Of a stretch of DNA of 64,000 nt, positions 1 to 12,129 are shown piece after piece. Where the stretch lies: positions 98,132,777 through 98,196,776 of the forward strand of contig NC_068981.1 in assembly GCF_001194135.2 (NCBI RefSeq). The letters are read 5' to 3'. This DNA comes from Octopus bimaculoides. Lineage: Eukaryota. Numbering within the stretch: position 1 is the first letter of the stretch; each line of letters opens with the position of its first letter. The notes under the pieces are model-generated. The model was not told the origin of the DNA. It saw only the letters and a list, made by a program, of their open reading frames with translations, and did no database searches. A program made the position numbers and the translations under genes.

Positions 1-53
<53 letters not shown>

Positions 54-150
54 TACATGTATATATATAGATGTACATGTATATATATAAATGTACATGT
101 AATATGTACACATATATATACACATATATACATGCATACACACACACATA
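1..150. repeat. (AG)n microsatellite followed by TA/CA-rich low complexity
   Basis: Direct reading: (AG)25 then ATGTACAT/ATAT/CACA repeats. Confidence 0.95.
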
Positions 151-480
151 GGTGCAAGTGTGGCTGTGTGGTTAAGAAACTTGGTTCCAAAACACATGTT
201 CCTGGGTTCAGTCCTACTGTGTGGTGATTTGGCATGTGTCTTCTGCTATAGTCTCAGACCAAGCAAAGCCTTGTGAGTGGATTTTGTAGACAGAAACTGA
301 AAGAAATCAGTCCTATATATATATGTATGTATATATGTAAGTGTATGTGTGTGTCTTCGTCTCTCTGTTTCTCCCTCATCACTGCTTCACAACTGCTGTT
401 CATTTATTTACATCCCCATAACTAACTGGTTTGACAAGAAGAAACTGATAGAATAAGTACCAGGCTTATCAAAATATAAA
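151..480 (+). mobile_element. tRNA-derived SINE family A (A1 tail), representative copy
   Basis: Head GGTGCAAGTGTGGCTGTGTGGTTAAG...GGGTTCAGTCC (A/B-box-like), body AAAGCCTTGTGAGTGGATTT...GAAACTGAAAGAA, central TA/TG microsatellite. About 20 related copies occur in the window. Confidence 0.85.
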
Positions 481-588
481 AAAAGCACTAGGCAGTGCCT
501 CATATTTTTCTTTGCCCATTCAGTTGTGTCTATCAATCTATTTTTTTGTGTGTGTGTATATACATGTATGTATATGTGCATATTCATA

Positions 589-1925
589 TCTATTATATAA
601 AAGTCAATGTTTTTATGTGTGTTCATGTGTTACTTATACATTCAAAAACTACTGCACCGATCCTAATGAAATTTGGAACACAAAATCCAAGTCTAGGGAG
701 AAGGGTAATGCTGTATGTTTCATACAATTTCATGGACCAAAATTACTGAATGGATCCTTATGATATTTGGAACTTAGATTCAATGCATAAGGGCGGGTAT
801 AATGGAGTATGTTTGGTTTAAAATTTCATCTTCTTAGAAGTTAAAAGGACCTCTTCATGGGGACTTAACACCCACAATTTAGTCATTTTATCTAAGCAAA
901 GACGAATACAGTTGTACTCTTGGAAGCCGTAGGGTCACCCAAGCGTTATTTGTAATCCAATGGTACAACAGTGTAAGAGTTTGCTTTGAGATATACTTAC
1001 ATTGTGATTTCTGCAATGTAGTCCATAAATTGTCAAGTGAATGAGAGGCATCTTTGCCTCCACTGATTCAGTTGCAAAGTGTTGAGTAAAGTTATTTCGT
1101 TGCAGATCTCCTTTGAGTCTTTTTATTATCACTGGGTCACACATAATCCTCAGATGGTTACATTGATTTCAAGGCCTTCCCAGATAAGTGACTGGTTATT
1201 CAAAGACATTTATAGATTGTAAATTTATTCTGTCCAGTTACCTATCGGTATAGTGGTCAGTTGCAAACTCCAGAGGTGACACTTTCATTTCCCCTTAGCC
1301 CTCACGTCACACAGTTGTTAATGTTTATTTCAGTTGGGTCACACCCTTCCAATTGCTATAGATCCATAATGCATCTTACGGCTGTGCCTGTCACCTATAT
1401 GGTGAGGAATTCTACACTGGGGAGTAGTAACAACTAGGGTAGAGGAGCTGACTGCTTATTGTGATCATTCGTCTTTTGGTTTCCTGAAGCTTTGCTCCCT
1501 TTTACAAACCCAGTGAACATACATATATTTCCTATTTCAAAGAAATTCGAACAATTGATATAACATCCAAGTCAAAAAGATTCTCAACAATTCAACTTCT
1601 CTGGTTGACATTAAGACACCCATCCCCAATAGGGACCTTAACTCACACATTTTAGAGCTCCATGAACTCCATTTTTCAGGAGCAAAATCCTTTTAACAAG
1701 TTTCATAAGACTGGAATTTTTAAATCTGTGCATAAAGATCAGTAGTATGGGATACTTGTGTCATGATTGCAATTTTTTGAGAGTGTGTAAAGAGGGAAAG
1801 AACCCTCATCTGCAATTTTGATGAAATTCGAATCATAGGTATTCCAGTTCATTAGAGAAAATATAACAGAAAAGTCCAATTCTTGCATTGCATGTAACAC
1901 GGGCAATGCCAGGTATCTCTGCTAG
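589..1925 (+). mobile_element. Non-autonomous Helitron with both termini
   Basis: 5' A|TCTATTATATAAAAG...ACTACTGCACCGATCCTAATGAAATTTGG; 3' GC-rich subterminal CACGGGCAATGCCAGGTATC then CTAG|T; A|T insertion site, no TSD. The 3' ~510 bp recur inverted at 23675-24185. Confidence 0.75.
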
Positions 1926-3609
1926 TATAGTTATATTTACTTTAATATAGTAGATAAATATTACTGTTTTGAAGTTGAAGCTTCATGCAGTTAGAGCAGT
2001 CCTCAGATGGATTTTATTCAAGTGAAAGTTTTACTCTTAAAAGAAAACTTTCAACAGAATTGCATTCATCTGAAGACTGACTGCACTATTAAACATGGAA
2101 ATCACAGTCACTGAAAAGCAGCCATGTTAGTCTACTATTTGATAGTGGGGACTGAATATTTGATGACAAACAAAACTAAAAAAAAAACCCATTTCAACTG
2201 GAGTATTTTGACTTTTTTGACTGATTGTATCAAGCTGGCTATATCCATACAGAGGTGCCAGATAAAAAAAATAGAAATCACAAAGTCAACAATCTAAAAA
2301 ACATTCCTACCAGTTTCCTAAGTATCTGATTTAAAAATCTTTTTTTAATTTTTTTATTCCTTAGAGACAATATACTCCTCAATGCAATATAACCCCAATC
2401 CTACAGGCATGCTGTTTGACTTCTCCCTACAACTATTCTAATGCAACCATGACATTCTTTGCCTTTCTGAGCTAGCTAATTGCAAACCATTTCCTTGAGC
2501 CACTTCTTCTCCTCCTCTTCACTCTCAGAAGGTCAACAATGACTGCAAAAACAACCTGTTAAAGATCACATGAATCAAGGTAGCAACTGAATGTCTTTGC
2601 TAAAGAACCAACATCTAATATGAATGAGTGTCTCTCAAAGTTCATATAAAATAAAGACAACAAGTAGTTTTGCTTGTGTTAAGCATCACATTAACTCATT
2701 TCTTTGGTAATAAATAAATAGAGATTTAAAAAAAAGGTGAGTTAGTTCTAAACATTAAGATACTGTAATTAATGGATAGTACACACAGTTACATGTTTGT
2801 ACTACAACTGAAGAAAGAATTAAAAAAAAAAAGAACAAAACCTACATATGAGACATTAGAATGATATTTTCTTTCAGTTTAAATGTGATTAACAGAAAAG
2901 GTGTCATAAAACCAGGTGGTAAGGTGCAAATAGTTGTCAAAAGTAAATACAGATGTACAATAAAATCAAGTTTAAAAGGGAGATTAAATATAAATGCATT
3001 AGTATGTTTCAATATATAAACAAGTAGTCATGATAAACAACTTCCTTGATTAAATTGTTAATTTACTCAAGCAATTACTTAAACAAAAGGAAATGTGACA
3101 GATTATAAAAGAGCTGAATAAAAATTACTAAACCTAAACAAATTAAAAATTAACGTACCTATAGATTCATTTAATTGCTCTAATCTACTCCACCAAATCC
3201 CATTCAATCTTCCCTAATCTCCACATAAAATCCTACACAATAATAATTCATAAAAGAACAAATTAGGTGAAGCACTAATTTATAAGAAAGGCCTAACAGT
3301 TTCATAAGATTTGAGAAAGTAACTGGTCATTAGATAAGTGCAGTGATAAAGATATTTGATACAAAGTGATGATATCACACAGGCTGAAAAAAAGTTCTTA
3401 GCTGATAGCAGTGACTATCCCTGCAGAAGTTCACAGACCTACCTGCCAGTCCTTCTTTCTGCCTATTCTACAGCTTTAAAACAGACTCCACTCCACTGAA
3501 CTTAGCTAGCAGTAAATCACATCTGTTTCAACCCACTTGATGCAGGCACCAACTTGTGTTTCTTTCATCATTTCTATTGTGTTTCATCCACATTACTCTG
3601 AATTAAACA

Positions 3610-4235
3610 GACATGGTTGTGTGGTTAAGAAGTTTGTTTTCCAACCAGGTGATTTCATGTTCAGTCTCATTACATGACCATTTGGACAAGTGTCTTCTTC
3701 TATAGCCACATCATCATCTTCATCAACAACATTTAATATCCATTTTCCATGCTGGCATGGGTTGGACAGCTTGACAGGAACTGGCAAGGCCAGAGACCAC
3801 ACCAGGTTTCATAGCCTGTTTTGGATTTGTTTCTACAGCTGGATGCCTTTCCTAATGCCAACCACTCTACAGAGAGTACTGGGTGCTTTTTACATGGCAC
3901 CAGCACCCACACCAATGCTTTTTATGTGCAAAAGCCTTATGAGTAGATCTTGTAGACAGAAACTGAAATATAAGTGTATATGTTTGTGTTTTTATGTGTG
4001 CATGTGTCTGCATCTTTGTCTTGATATTGCATGATAGTTATAAACAAGCATCATCATCATACAAATGGTGTTGTTTATTTCCAGTCTTCTATAAAAATAT
4101 GTCCAGTCATAAGGGAATATTGCCTTGCTTGGAAACAAATTAGTGTCAAGAAGGATATCCATCTGTAGAAAATCTGCCACAATGAATTGTGTCCCACCCA
4201 TACAAATATGGAAAAGTGGACATTAAAATAATGAT
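3610..4235 (+). mobile_element. SINE A (A2 tail) interrupted by antisense SINE D (~3705-3935)
   Basis: A head at 3610-3700, D segment (CATCATC...CCATGCTGGCATGGGTTGGACAG...CTACAGCTGGATGCC), then the A body resumes and ends ATGGAAAAGTGGACATTAAAATAATGATGA. Confidence 0.75.
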
Positions 4236-4399
4236 GATTCCTAACCAATATGACATTCCCGCTTTTTCTCATATTGTACTTACAGACATTAACTTAACTA
4301 CTGAAGTTCAAGTTGAATGTCAAACACTTCAATCTCACAATCATGAGTGACAGTCTTTGATTAAGTTTATTAATTAAAAAATTAATAGTCACAGTAGGA

Positions 4400-4615
4400 C
4401 GAATAATGGTTTCAAATTCAGCACATTTTAGTGGGAGGGCCTTAATCAATTACATTGACCCCAGTGCTCAATGAGTACTTCATTCTATCAACCCCAAAAA
4501 GATGAAAAGCAAAATCAACCTCAGTGGCATTTGAACTCAGATCACAATGGACTGAAAAAAACATTGCTAAGCATTTTGTCCGGCATAGTAACAATTCTGC
4601 CAGCTTGGTGCCTTG
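4400..4615 (-). mobile_element. SINE family C
   Basis: Matches the 7950-8365 and 34246-34935 copies (TTACATTGACCCCAGTGCTCAA...TTTGAACTCAGA...GCCAGCTTGGTGCCTT). Confidence 0.75.
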
Positions 4616-4926
4616 CATAAAACTAATAATACAAACATTACAATACTACACAATGATAGGTATTTTTTCATAGTTCACAGTGCCAGGTTCAAACCCATGG
4701 TCTGTACAGTAAACATCAGCAGGATATGTAAGTCTGGTTCATCTATTATGATGCTGCTCAACAGAAAGGGAACTGTGTGCCTGCATGACATTAACTAGCC
4801 CTACAGTGACAAAAGATGTCATCTATAACAAGGTCACTAAAGTTCAATAATGTTTAAACAAATAGGAGAGTAATATGCAGGAAGAAATAATCGAGAACCA
4901 TAGTAAGTTGCTGCTACCACAAGGGT

Positions 4927-5420
4927 CAGTCCTTAATGTGCTGTGGTGGTTTGTGTGCCTCAATGACCCTGTGAACTATGCCAGCACAGTGCAAGCTCCT
5001 GATAGGGCTTCTCATGTTGGAGAGGTCAAAAGATAGAGGCCAGACCAATATGGACCACCTCTGCTTAAAGGTAAAAATGAGTTTGCATAAGGCCAGCACT
5101 CCTACCAAAGAAAAAAACATCAAAGTTACATCAATTCAAAATTGACAAGACATGAGAGAAGAAGGCTCTCCCTCAGAAAAACATACAATGTGGTAAACCA
5201 ATGTCATGCACTACACACCAGGCCCTGACCTGGATCTCACAAGGGAGGCACAAGAGAGGATGCCCTAAAAATAGCTGGAGGCAAGATTCTGAGGAAGAAC
5301 TGGAAAAAGCAGGAATCCAACTGGGAGAGAAGCAGAAAAGAAAAATTCAGAGTTAAGAACAATGAAGAAAAGTTGTTAATGGCCTATGCTCCATAGATGC
5401 GAAAGGCCTAAGTGAGTGAG
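4927..5420 (+). mobile_element. Internally deleted RTE-clade non-LTR element (5' leader joined to 3' end)
   Basis: 3' part translates as a degenerate GGTREDALKIAGGKILRKNWKK/GRP..W-type RTE C-terminus and ends GGCCTATGCTCCATAGATGCGAAAGGCCTAAGTGAGTGAGT. 5' part resembles RTE leaders. Confidence 0.6.
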
Positions 5421-6084
5421 TATAGTAAGTGCTGGACCTTAAAACATTTAATTTCATCTGCCACGTTCTGAGTTCAAATCTTATAATTAATTTTTACCAT
5501 TTATACCAGCGGATTCAATAAAATGAGAATAAATAAAATACTATGAACAATTCAATCAATTATACTTTTCTCTTTTGAATATCAGTTTTGCATCTTGTCA
5601 AAAGAAATCAATAATGTTCAAGTAGATAACTCTTTCACATCTCTTACAAAGCTTCTATGTTAAACCATACACTTTATTGCAAATCTAATTCATCTATAAA
5701 CTTTCAATAAACAAAACAAAAAAACTATTCGAAATATAGAATATATGACATACAAACAAGTTACGAGAAAATATATATCTTAATCATTCAATCGTTAATA
5801 AAGAATAGAAAGTAAACTTATCTTTTAAAAACAGATTGATAAATAACATGCTAACAAATACAACTATACAAAGCAGCTTTCAAATCAATGTTTTTCCACC
5901 TTTAAGATAACTAAATTTAGAATTAATCTCATTTATCCAACATCCTGGATATATATCCAAAAGCAGCTTTCTACAGGCAGACAGATTTTACACTAGATCA
6001 CACATTTTATTCATGTTGTAATTAATAAAGACCATGGAATGTGTAAGATGACTACATCCAACAAAAAATAACACATCTTTGATC

Positions 6085-6770
6085 TTTTATTTGTTGCAGT
6101 CACTAGACTGCAGTCATGCTGGGGTACTGCCTTGAAGGCTTCTAGTCAAATGAATCAACCCTAGTACTTTTTCTTAAAACTTGGTACCTCTTCTATTAGT
6201 CTCTTATGCCAAATCATGACGTTACAAGGATGTAAACAAACCAACACCAATTGTCAAGTGGTAGTGTGGAACAAACACAAACATATAAACACATGCGGTA
6301 CTCAAGAAGATCCGTACTCCACAGCAGAAGTGTTAAGACCAGTCCCACTGGTGGCGAAAAGCACTCGTGGCAGTACCACATAAAAGTACCCATGCAATGC
6401 CATGTAAAAGTGCTTGTGTGGTGCCACCTAAAAGCAGCCAACACATTCTGTAAAGCAGTTGGCATCCAGCTGTAGAAACCATGCCACATCAGACTGGAGT
6501 CTGGTGCAGCCCACAAGCTTGCCAGCTCTGGCCAAACCGCCTAATCCATGCTAGCATGGACAACAGACATATGATGATGATGATGATGATGCATACACAC
6601 ACAACGAGCTTCTTTCAGTTTCCATCCACCAAATCTACTCACACATCTTTGGTCAGCTCAGGGCTACAGTAGGAGACACTTGCCCAAAGTGCTTTGCAGA
6701 GGTATTGAACCCGGAACCATGTGGTTGGAAGCCAATTTCCTACCCAACAGCTTTGCCTTTAAAAATATAT
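6085..6770 (-). mobile_element. SINE A1 with nested SINE D (~6320-6590, +)
   Basis: A1 tail (CTTTTATTTGTTGCAGTCACTAGACTGCAGTCATGCTGG) and A head flank a D copy ending CATGCTAGCATGGACAACAGACATATGATGATG. Confidence 0.75.
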
Positions 6771-7764
6771 GCATACTAATATGTGCTTGCATGTGTATGT
6801 GTGTGCACATGCACATGCATGTCTATTGTAAAATGAGGAAGAGAACAGCTGATGATGAGGACAGCAATGATAATGACAGTGGTGACAATGATGATGGTGA
6901 TTTTACAGAATACCCCCCCCACACACACACACACACAATCCTGCTGCAGGTAATATTTCAATGAGAAAAATAGTAAGGAAAATACCCCATAATATATGTC
7001 GATTTCATAACTTAAATCCTATTAATACTTCCTAAATGAGACTATATCACATGTCAGTATGTGATCTATCAAAACAAAAGTATCGCCATTGAAAATATTG
7101 CAACCTTTATTAGGAATAGATCATATCCTGTAATATAAACCTAACTTTGCTGGACCACTTGTTCCAAATATTGATTTAGTAGCTGGGTATTAAATATCAA
7201 TATAATTTCAAGGATTTTCTATCATTCATACTGTTTACTAACAATTTAAAAAGCATTAATTGTGAAACTTTTCAAGCAAATTCACTGTAAAAGCCAGCTA
7301 TTTAGCATTGTAAAGTAGTTTATTCCTAAACAGCTTTCAACATCTAATTATTGTTACATGTTCAAATCTTTGAATAAAAATGATGGGGAGAGGGGCAAAG
7401 GAAGACAATACAGTGAAGCGCATAATGCAACACAAAGATTTAAAGAAGATAATCCCATCTTAATCTTTTTTAAGCCAATTAAGCATAATAGCCCCATATT
7501 TATCATCATCATCATCATTATATTGTCCCTTGCACCATTCTATCCTTTTGCCTCTCTTGCATGGCTACAAGACTCAATTTCAAACCTGGAAATCTTAGAA
7601 AGAGAATTGGTAAGCAGCTTGCAGTAGGGTCACTTAGAATCACTAAGTTGTATGCCATAACTACAAGGATTTTCTATTTCTATCTTTATCTTGAATGGTA
7701 GACTTAGTCCCTCATCCATTTTAATACCATCATCAGGCTTTTAAGTGCCTTTAGTAAAGTCCAC

Positions 7765-8515
7765 ACTTGTTTCAAATCTTGCCTACTTTCTATTTAAGCC
7801 TGGTACTTACTCAAGCAGTCTCTTTTGCTGTACCGTTAAGTTGTGGGGACATAAACAAACCAACATTGGTTGTAAAGCAGTGTAGGAGAAGACCAACAAA
7901 TACACACATAGATACATACATACACATACATATATACATATATGACAGGCTTCTTTCAGTTTCCTATTTCTTTACTGCCCACAAGGGGCTACACACAGAG
8001 GGGACAAACAAGGACAGACAAACGGATTAAGTTGATTATATCGACCCCAGTACGTAACTGGTACTTATTTAATCGACCCCGAAAGGATGAAAGGCAAAGT
8101 CAACCTTGGCTAAATTTGAACTCAGACGAAATGCCTATTTCTTTATTGCCCACAAGGAGCTAAACAGAGGGGACAAACAAGGACATACAAAGGGATTAAG
8201 TCGATTACATCGACCCCAGTGCGTAACTGGTGCTTAATTTATCAACCCCGAAAGGATGAAAGGCAAAGTCAACCTCGGCGGAATTTGAACTCAGAACGTA
8301 ACGGCAGATGAAATACCGCTAAGCATTTCGCCCGGCGTGCTAACGTTTCTGCCAGCTCGCCGCCTTTCAGTTTCTGCCAATAAAATCCACTCACAAAGAT
8401 TTGGTCAGCTTAGGCTATAGTAGAAGATACTTGCCTAAGGTGCCATGCAGTGGGACTGAACCCAGATTCATATGGTTAGAAAACAAATATCTTACCATAC
8501 AGTCACGCCTGCACC
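7765..8515 (-). mobile_element. SINE A1 with nested young SINE C (~7960-8365) whose 3' half is duplicated
   Basis: C copy is CpG-rich (GCATTTCGCCCGGCGTGCTAACG) with two copies of the ATCGACCCCAGT.CGTAACTGGT block. Flanking TTCAGTTTC is repeated like a TSD. Confidence 0.8.
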
Positions 8516-8700
8516 TGAGTAATATATAGAGAGACAGTGACCATCATGTGGACCATCAACTAGCCAAAGTTTAATGATATAGTCATTCATCTTGACTAAC
8601 TCAATTGCTATCTATTTCTCAATCAAATGTAATATATATATCTAATACCTAATTATTATCTAAAAAGAGCCTATTTCTGTGTTCCTTCCCTGTAACCAGT

Positions 8701-9105
8701 TGTTGTTGTTGTTGTTGTTGTTGTTGTTGGCACGCCGTCGCTTACAACGTTGAGGGTTCCAGTTGATTCGATCAACGGAACAGCCTGCTCATGAAATTAA
8801 CGTGAAAGTGGCTGAGCACTCCACAGACACGTGTACCCTAAACGTAGTTCTCGGGGATATTCAGCGTGACACAGTGTGACAAGGCTGACCCTTTGAATTA
8901 CAGGCACAACAGAAACAGGAAGTAAGAGTGAGAGAAAGTTGTGGTGAAAGAGTACAGCAGGGTTTGCCACCATCCCCTGCCGGAGCCTCGTGGAGCTTTA
9001 GGTGTTTTCGCTCAATAAACACTCACAACGCCCGGTCTGGGAATCGAAACCGCGATCCTATGACTGTGAGTCCGCTGCTCTAACCACTGAGCCATTGCAC
9101 CTCCA
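8701..9105 (-). mobile_element. tRNA-derived SINE family B, full length with TSD
   Basis: Minus-strand A box TGGCTCAGTGG, B box GTTTCGATTCC, (AAC)n tail. 13-bp TSD CCCTGTAACCAGT at 8688-8700 and 9106-9118. Confidence 0.9.
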
Positions 9106-9304
9106 CCCTGTAACCAGTATGGTTAGTACAACACACATCACTCCACTTCTTGTCTATATTACACATTTAGACCACCTGTACTCTAACATTTCTTTGACAA
9201 CTTGAGCTTTACAACTACTTCCCATTGTACTAACATCACAAGTAGCTGGCCTGCAACAAATTTTCAAAAATAAAAAAAATAAAAATACTAATAATATAGT
9301 GAAT

Positions 9305-9522
9305 TACTCTTTACTTTTTTACTCTTTTACTTGTTTCAGTCATTTGACTGCGGTCATGCTGGAGCACCGCCTTTTAGTCGAGAAAATCGACCCCAGGACT
9401 TATTCTTTGTAAGCCTAGTACTTATTCTATCGGTCTCTTTTTACCGAACCACTAGGTTACGGGGATGTAAACACACCAGCATCAGTTGTCAAGCAATGGT
9501 GGGGGTAACACAGACACACAAA
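9305..9522 (-). mobile_element. Young SINE A1 3' part, truncated by assembly gap
   Basis: TTTTACTTGTTTCAGTCATTTGACTGCGGTCATGCTGGAGCACCGCC...; CpGs retained. Confidence 0.85.
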
Positions 9523-10050
9523 NNNNNNNNNNNNNNNNNNNNNNNNNNNNNNNNNNNNNNNNNNNNNNNNNNNNNNNNNNNNNNNNNNNNNNNNNNNNNN
9601 NNNNNNNNNNNNNNNNNNNNNNNNNNNNNNNNNNNNNNNNNNNNNNNNNNNNNNNNNNNNNNNNNNNNNNNNNNNNNNNNNNNNNNNNNNNNNNNNNNNN
9701 NNNNNNNNNNNNNNNNNNNNNNNNNNNNNNNNNNNNNNNNNNNNNNNNNNNNNNNNNNNNNNNNNNNNNNNNNNNNNNNNNNNNNNNNNNNNNNNNNNNN
9801 NNNNNNNNNNNNNNNNNNNNNNNNNNNNNNNNNNNNNNNNNNNNNNNNNNNNNNNNNNNNNNNNNNNNNNNNNNNNNNNNNNNNNNNNNNNNNNNNNNNN
9901 NNNNNNNNNNNNNNNNNNNNNNNNNNNNNNNNNNNNNNNNNNNNNNNNNNNNNNNNNNNNNNNTTTTTTTTTTTTTTTTTTTTTTTTTTGTTTTGTTACC
10001 TAAATCTAGTTTTAAAGTGATTGCAACGTAATTTTTCTTTTAAAACTTAC

Positions 10051-10090
10051 CTAAAGTGGCTGATATAGTTCAGCAGTTATAACCTTTATT
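10051..10090 (-). other. Candidate exon (donor strong, acceptor uncertain)
   Basis: Minus-strand donor TTTAG|GTAAGT is full consensus. The acceptor at 10091/10092 or 10168/10169 has a weak pyrimidine tract. Confidence 0.25.
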
Positions 10091-10433
10091 CTGACAGGCA
10101 ATCACAATTTATAAGTTGCTGTTATTGATTTTGACTAATTTAAGTCATAAAAATTTGGGGGATACATCTAAAATTCTTCAAAAGGTGACATATATTATCA
10201 TCAACAGTTTTTGAAATTCTGTTTTCCTTTCTTTTTCTTTTTTTTTTTTTTTCTTTTTATGAAAGAGCACACAGGTGAGATTGAGTTTTTACTTCTCTAT
10301 TTATTTTAACAAATCTCTGCAACATGATTTTATTTGAAAATTCACAGTATTCCCACTTCTAATTCCATTTTTGCTTTGATGCAATTATATTTACATCCCC
10401 CCCACCCCCCACCTCCTAACTAAAGGTTCTTAA

Positions 10434-10658
10434 CCTTTTTGATACCAACTCATTTGAGACCAGCTCTGATTCTAGGATATAAAAACATCCCGTTTTAAAA
10501 TGATCTAAATTAAAACCTTCTATCAATATTTCATGTTAGCTTATGTTTCAAACACCGGTTTAATAACAACACAGTTATTTTACTAAATTCTGCATTATTT
10601 TCAAAATTAAATGAAATAAAAGCAGAATTATTTCAACAGAAATATCGTAACAAAAGAG
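10434..10658. mobile_element. TTAA-flanked piggyBac-like MITE (family P1)
   Basis: TTAA|CCTTTTTGATAC ... GTAACAAAAGAG|TTAA. An inverted relative lies at ~19925-20475. Confidence 0.7.
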
Positions 10659-10839
10659 TTAAAATCATTACAAATGCCAGTTCTCATGATCTCTGATTAT
10701 CTTTCACAGCAAGGTCACACACCGCCAGGTTTGTGTCCCCAAAATTAGGTTCCATCTTCAGGAGCACAAATTACCTGAGCTCTCATTAGTTGCTGATTCT
10801 CTGCAAAGCTCAAGTGATTAGATTATTACCATACAATTA

Positions 10840-12074
10840 GGTACAGGCATGGCTCTTTGGTTAAGAAGTTTGCTTTCCAACCACATGGTTTTGGGTTCTA
10901 TCCCACAGCATGGTACTCAGACAAGTATCTTTAATTATAGCTCCAGGTCTACCAAAACCAAAGTCCTGTACTAACCAAACTGGCCACAGGGCAGAATCAA
11001 CAAAATATTTTTTTTATATAAGTAGATAATAATTAAGTATTAGATATATATATAGGTATATATACATTACTTTTGGCTGAGAAGTAGATAGCAATTGAGT
11101 TAGTCAAGGTGAATGACAACATCATTAAACCAAAGCCCTGTGAGTGAATTTGATAGATGGAAACTGAAAGAAGCCCAGTGTGTGTGTGTGTATATGTGTT
11201 TGTATCTTCTTGTCTTAACAATTGTGTAACATTGGAAATGAAAGCCATTCATTTTCAATAATTTGTGAAAACGTACCTTGCTTGGAAATTACCTTCCTTG
11301 GAAAGACAAGGATTGGCATCAGGAAAGGCATCCGACCATAGAAAATCTACCTCAATAAACTCCGACCAACCCATGCAAGCATGGAAAAGTGAACATTAAA
11401 ATGATGATGATGATGCCACTGGTACCAACAAACATCCTACACAGTAACCAAAATTAGAAAACCCAACTAATTGAGGAAGATTCACTGAACTGCACAATAT
11501 AACCACAGGCTCATACATATGCTACTTCTTTCTAAATATAGTCCTATCCTTTTGTGCTAGCAAGATACATATCCATCTCTACCTTCTCAAAGAATTCACT
11601 TTTCAATCTCTACTAACACCCAATAGTTTCTGGACTCCACACCAAACATTTTGCTGAATAATTCTGCACTAGCTCTGAACATCTCTACAATTAGCTCCTA
11701 CTTACATTTTTCACACAATACCAACAGAGGTTCAAGCTGAGCTGTAATCACATGCACCACACCAACTTTCAAAGGTTACAAAGATTGTGGATGCTAACCC
11801 TCTCCCTCTAATTAATTAAAAGAAAATAATTAAAAGTATATACTTCAGTTATTAATATTACCATTTTTTATCATACATATAGCACTAATTACACTAATTA
11901 CAGCAGAAATCATTTTGAAAACATTACATTTTGCTCCACATTTTAGAAACATCAAGTAAAATTTCTGTAGTTTCAGATCCATTTCCATTGCATGCCACCT
12001 TGGACAAGTGCTGTCTTCTATAGGTCTTAGCAGACAAATGATTAGAGAGTGAATTTGGCAGATAGAAACTCTGT

Positions 12075-12129
<55 letters not shown>

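Noticed and set aside
8960-9105. tRNA gene candidates at SINE heads
   Set aside because: Only A/B-box remnants fused to SINE bodies; no complete cloverleaf.
9331-10031. Long ORFs in the track (also 24576-26070, 28254-29047, 36923-37375, 41106-41484, 61678-62137)
   Set aside because: They run through N-gaps (9523-9963, 22284-22369, 25055-25975, 28338-28874, 29317-29416, 37049-37228, 41158-41373, 61849-61934) and are not real ORFs.
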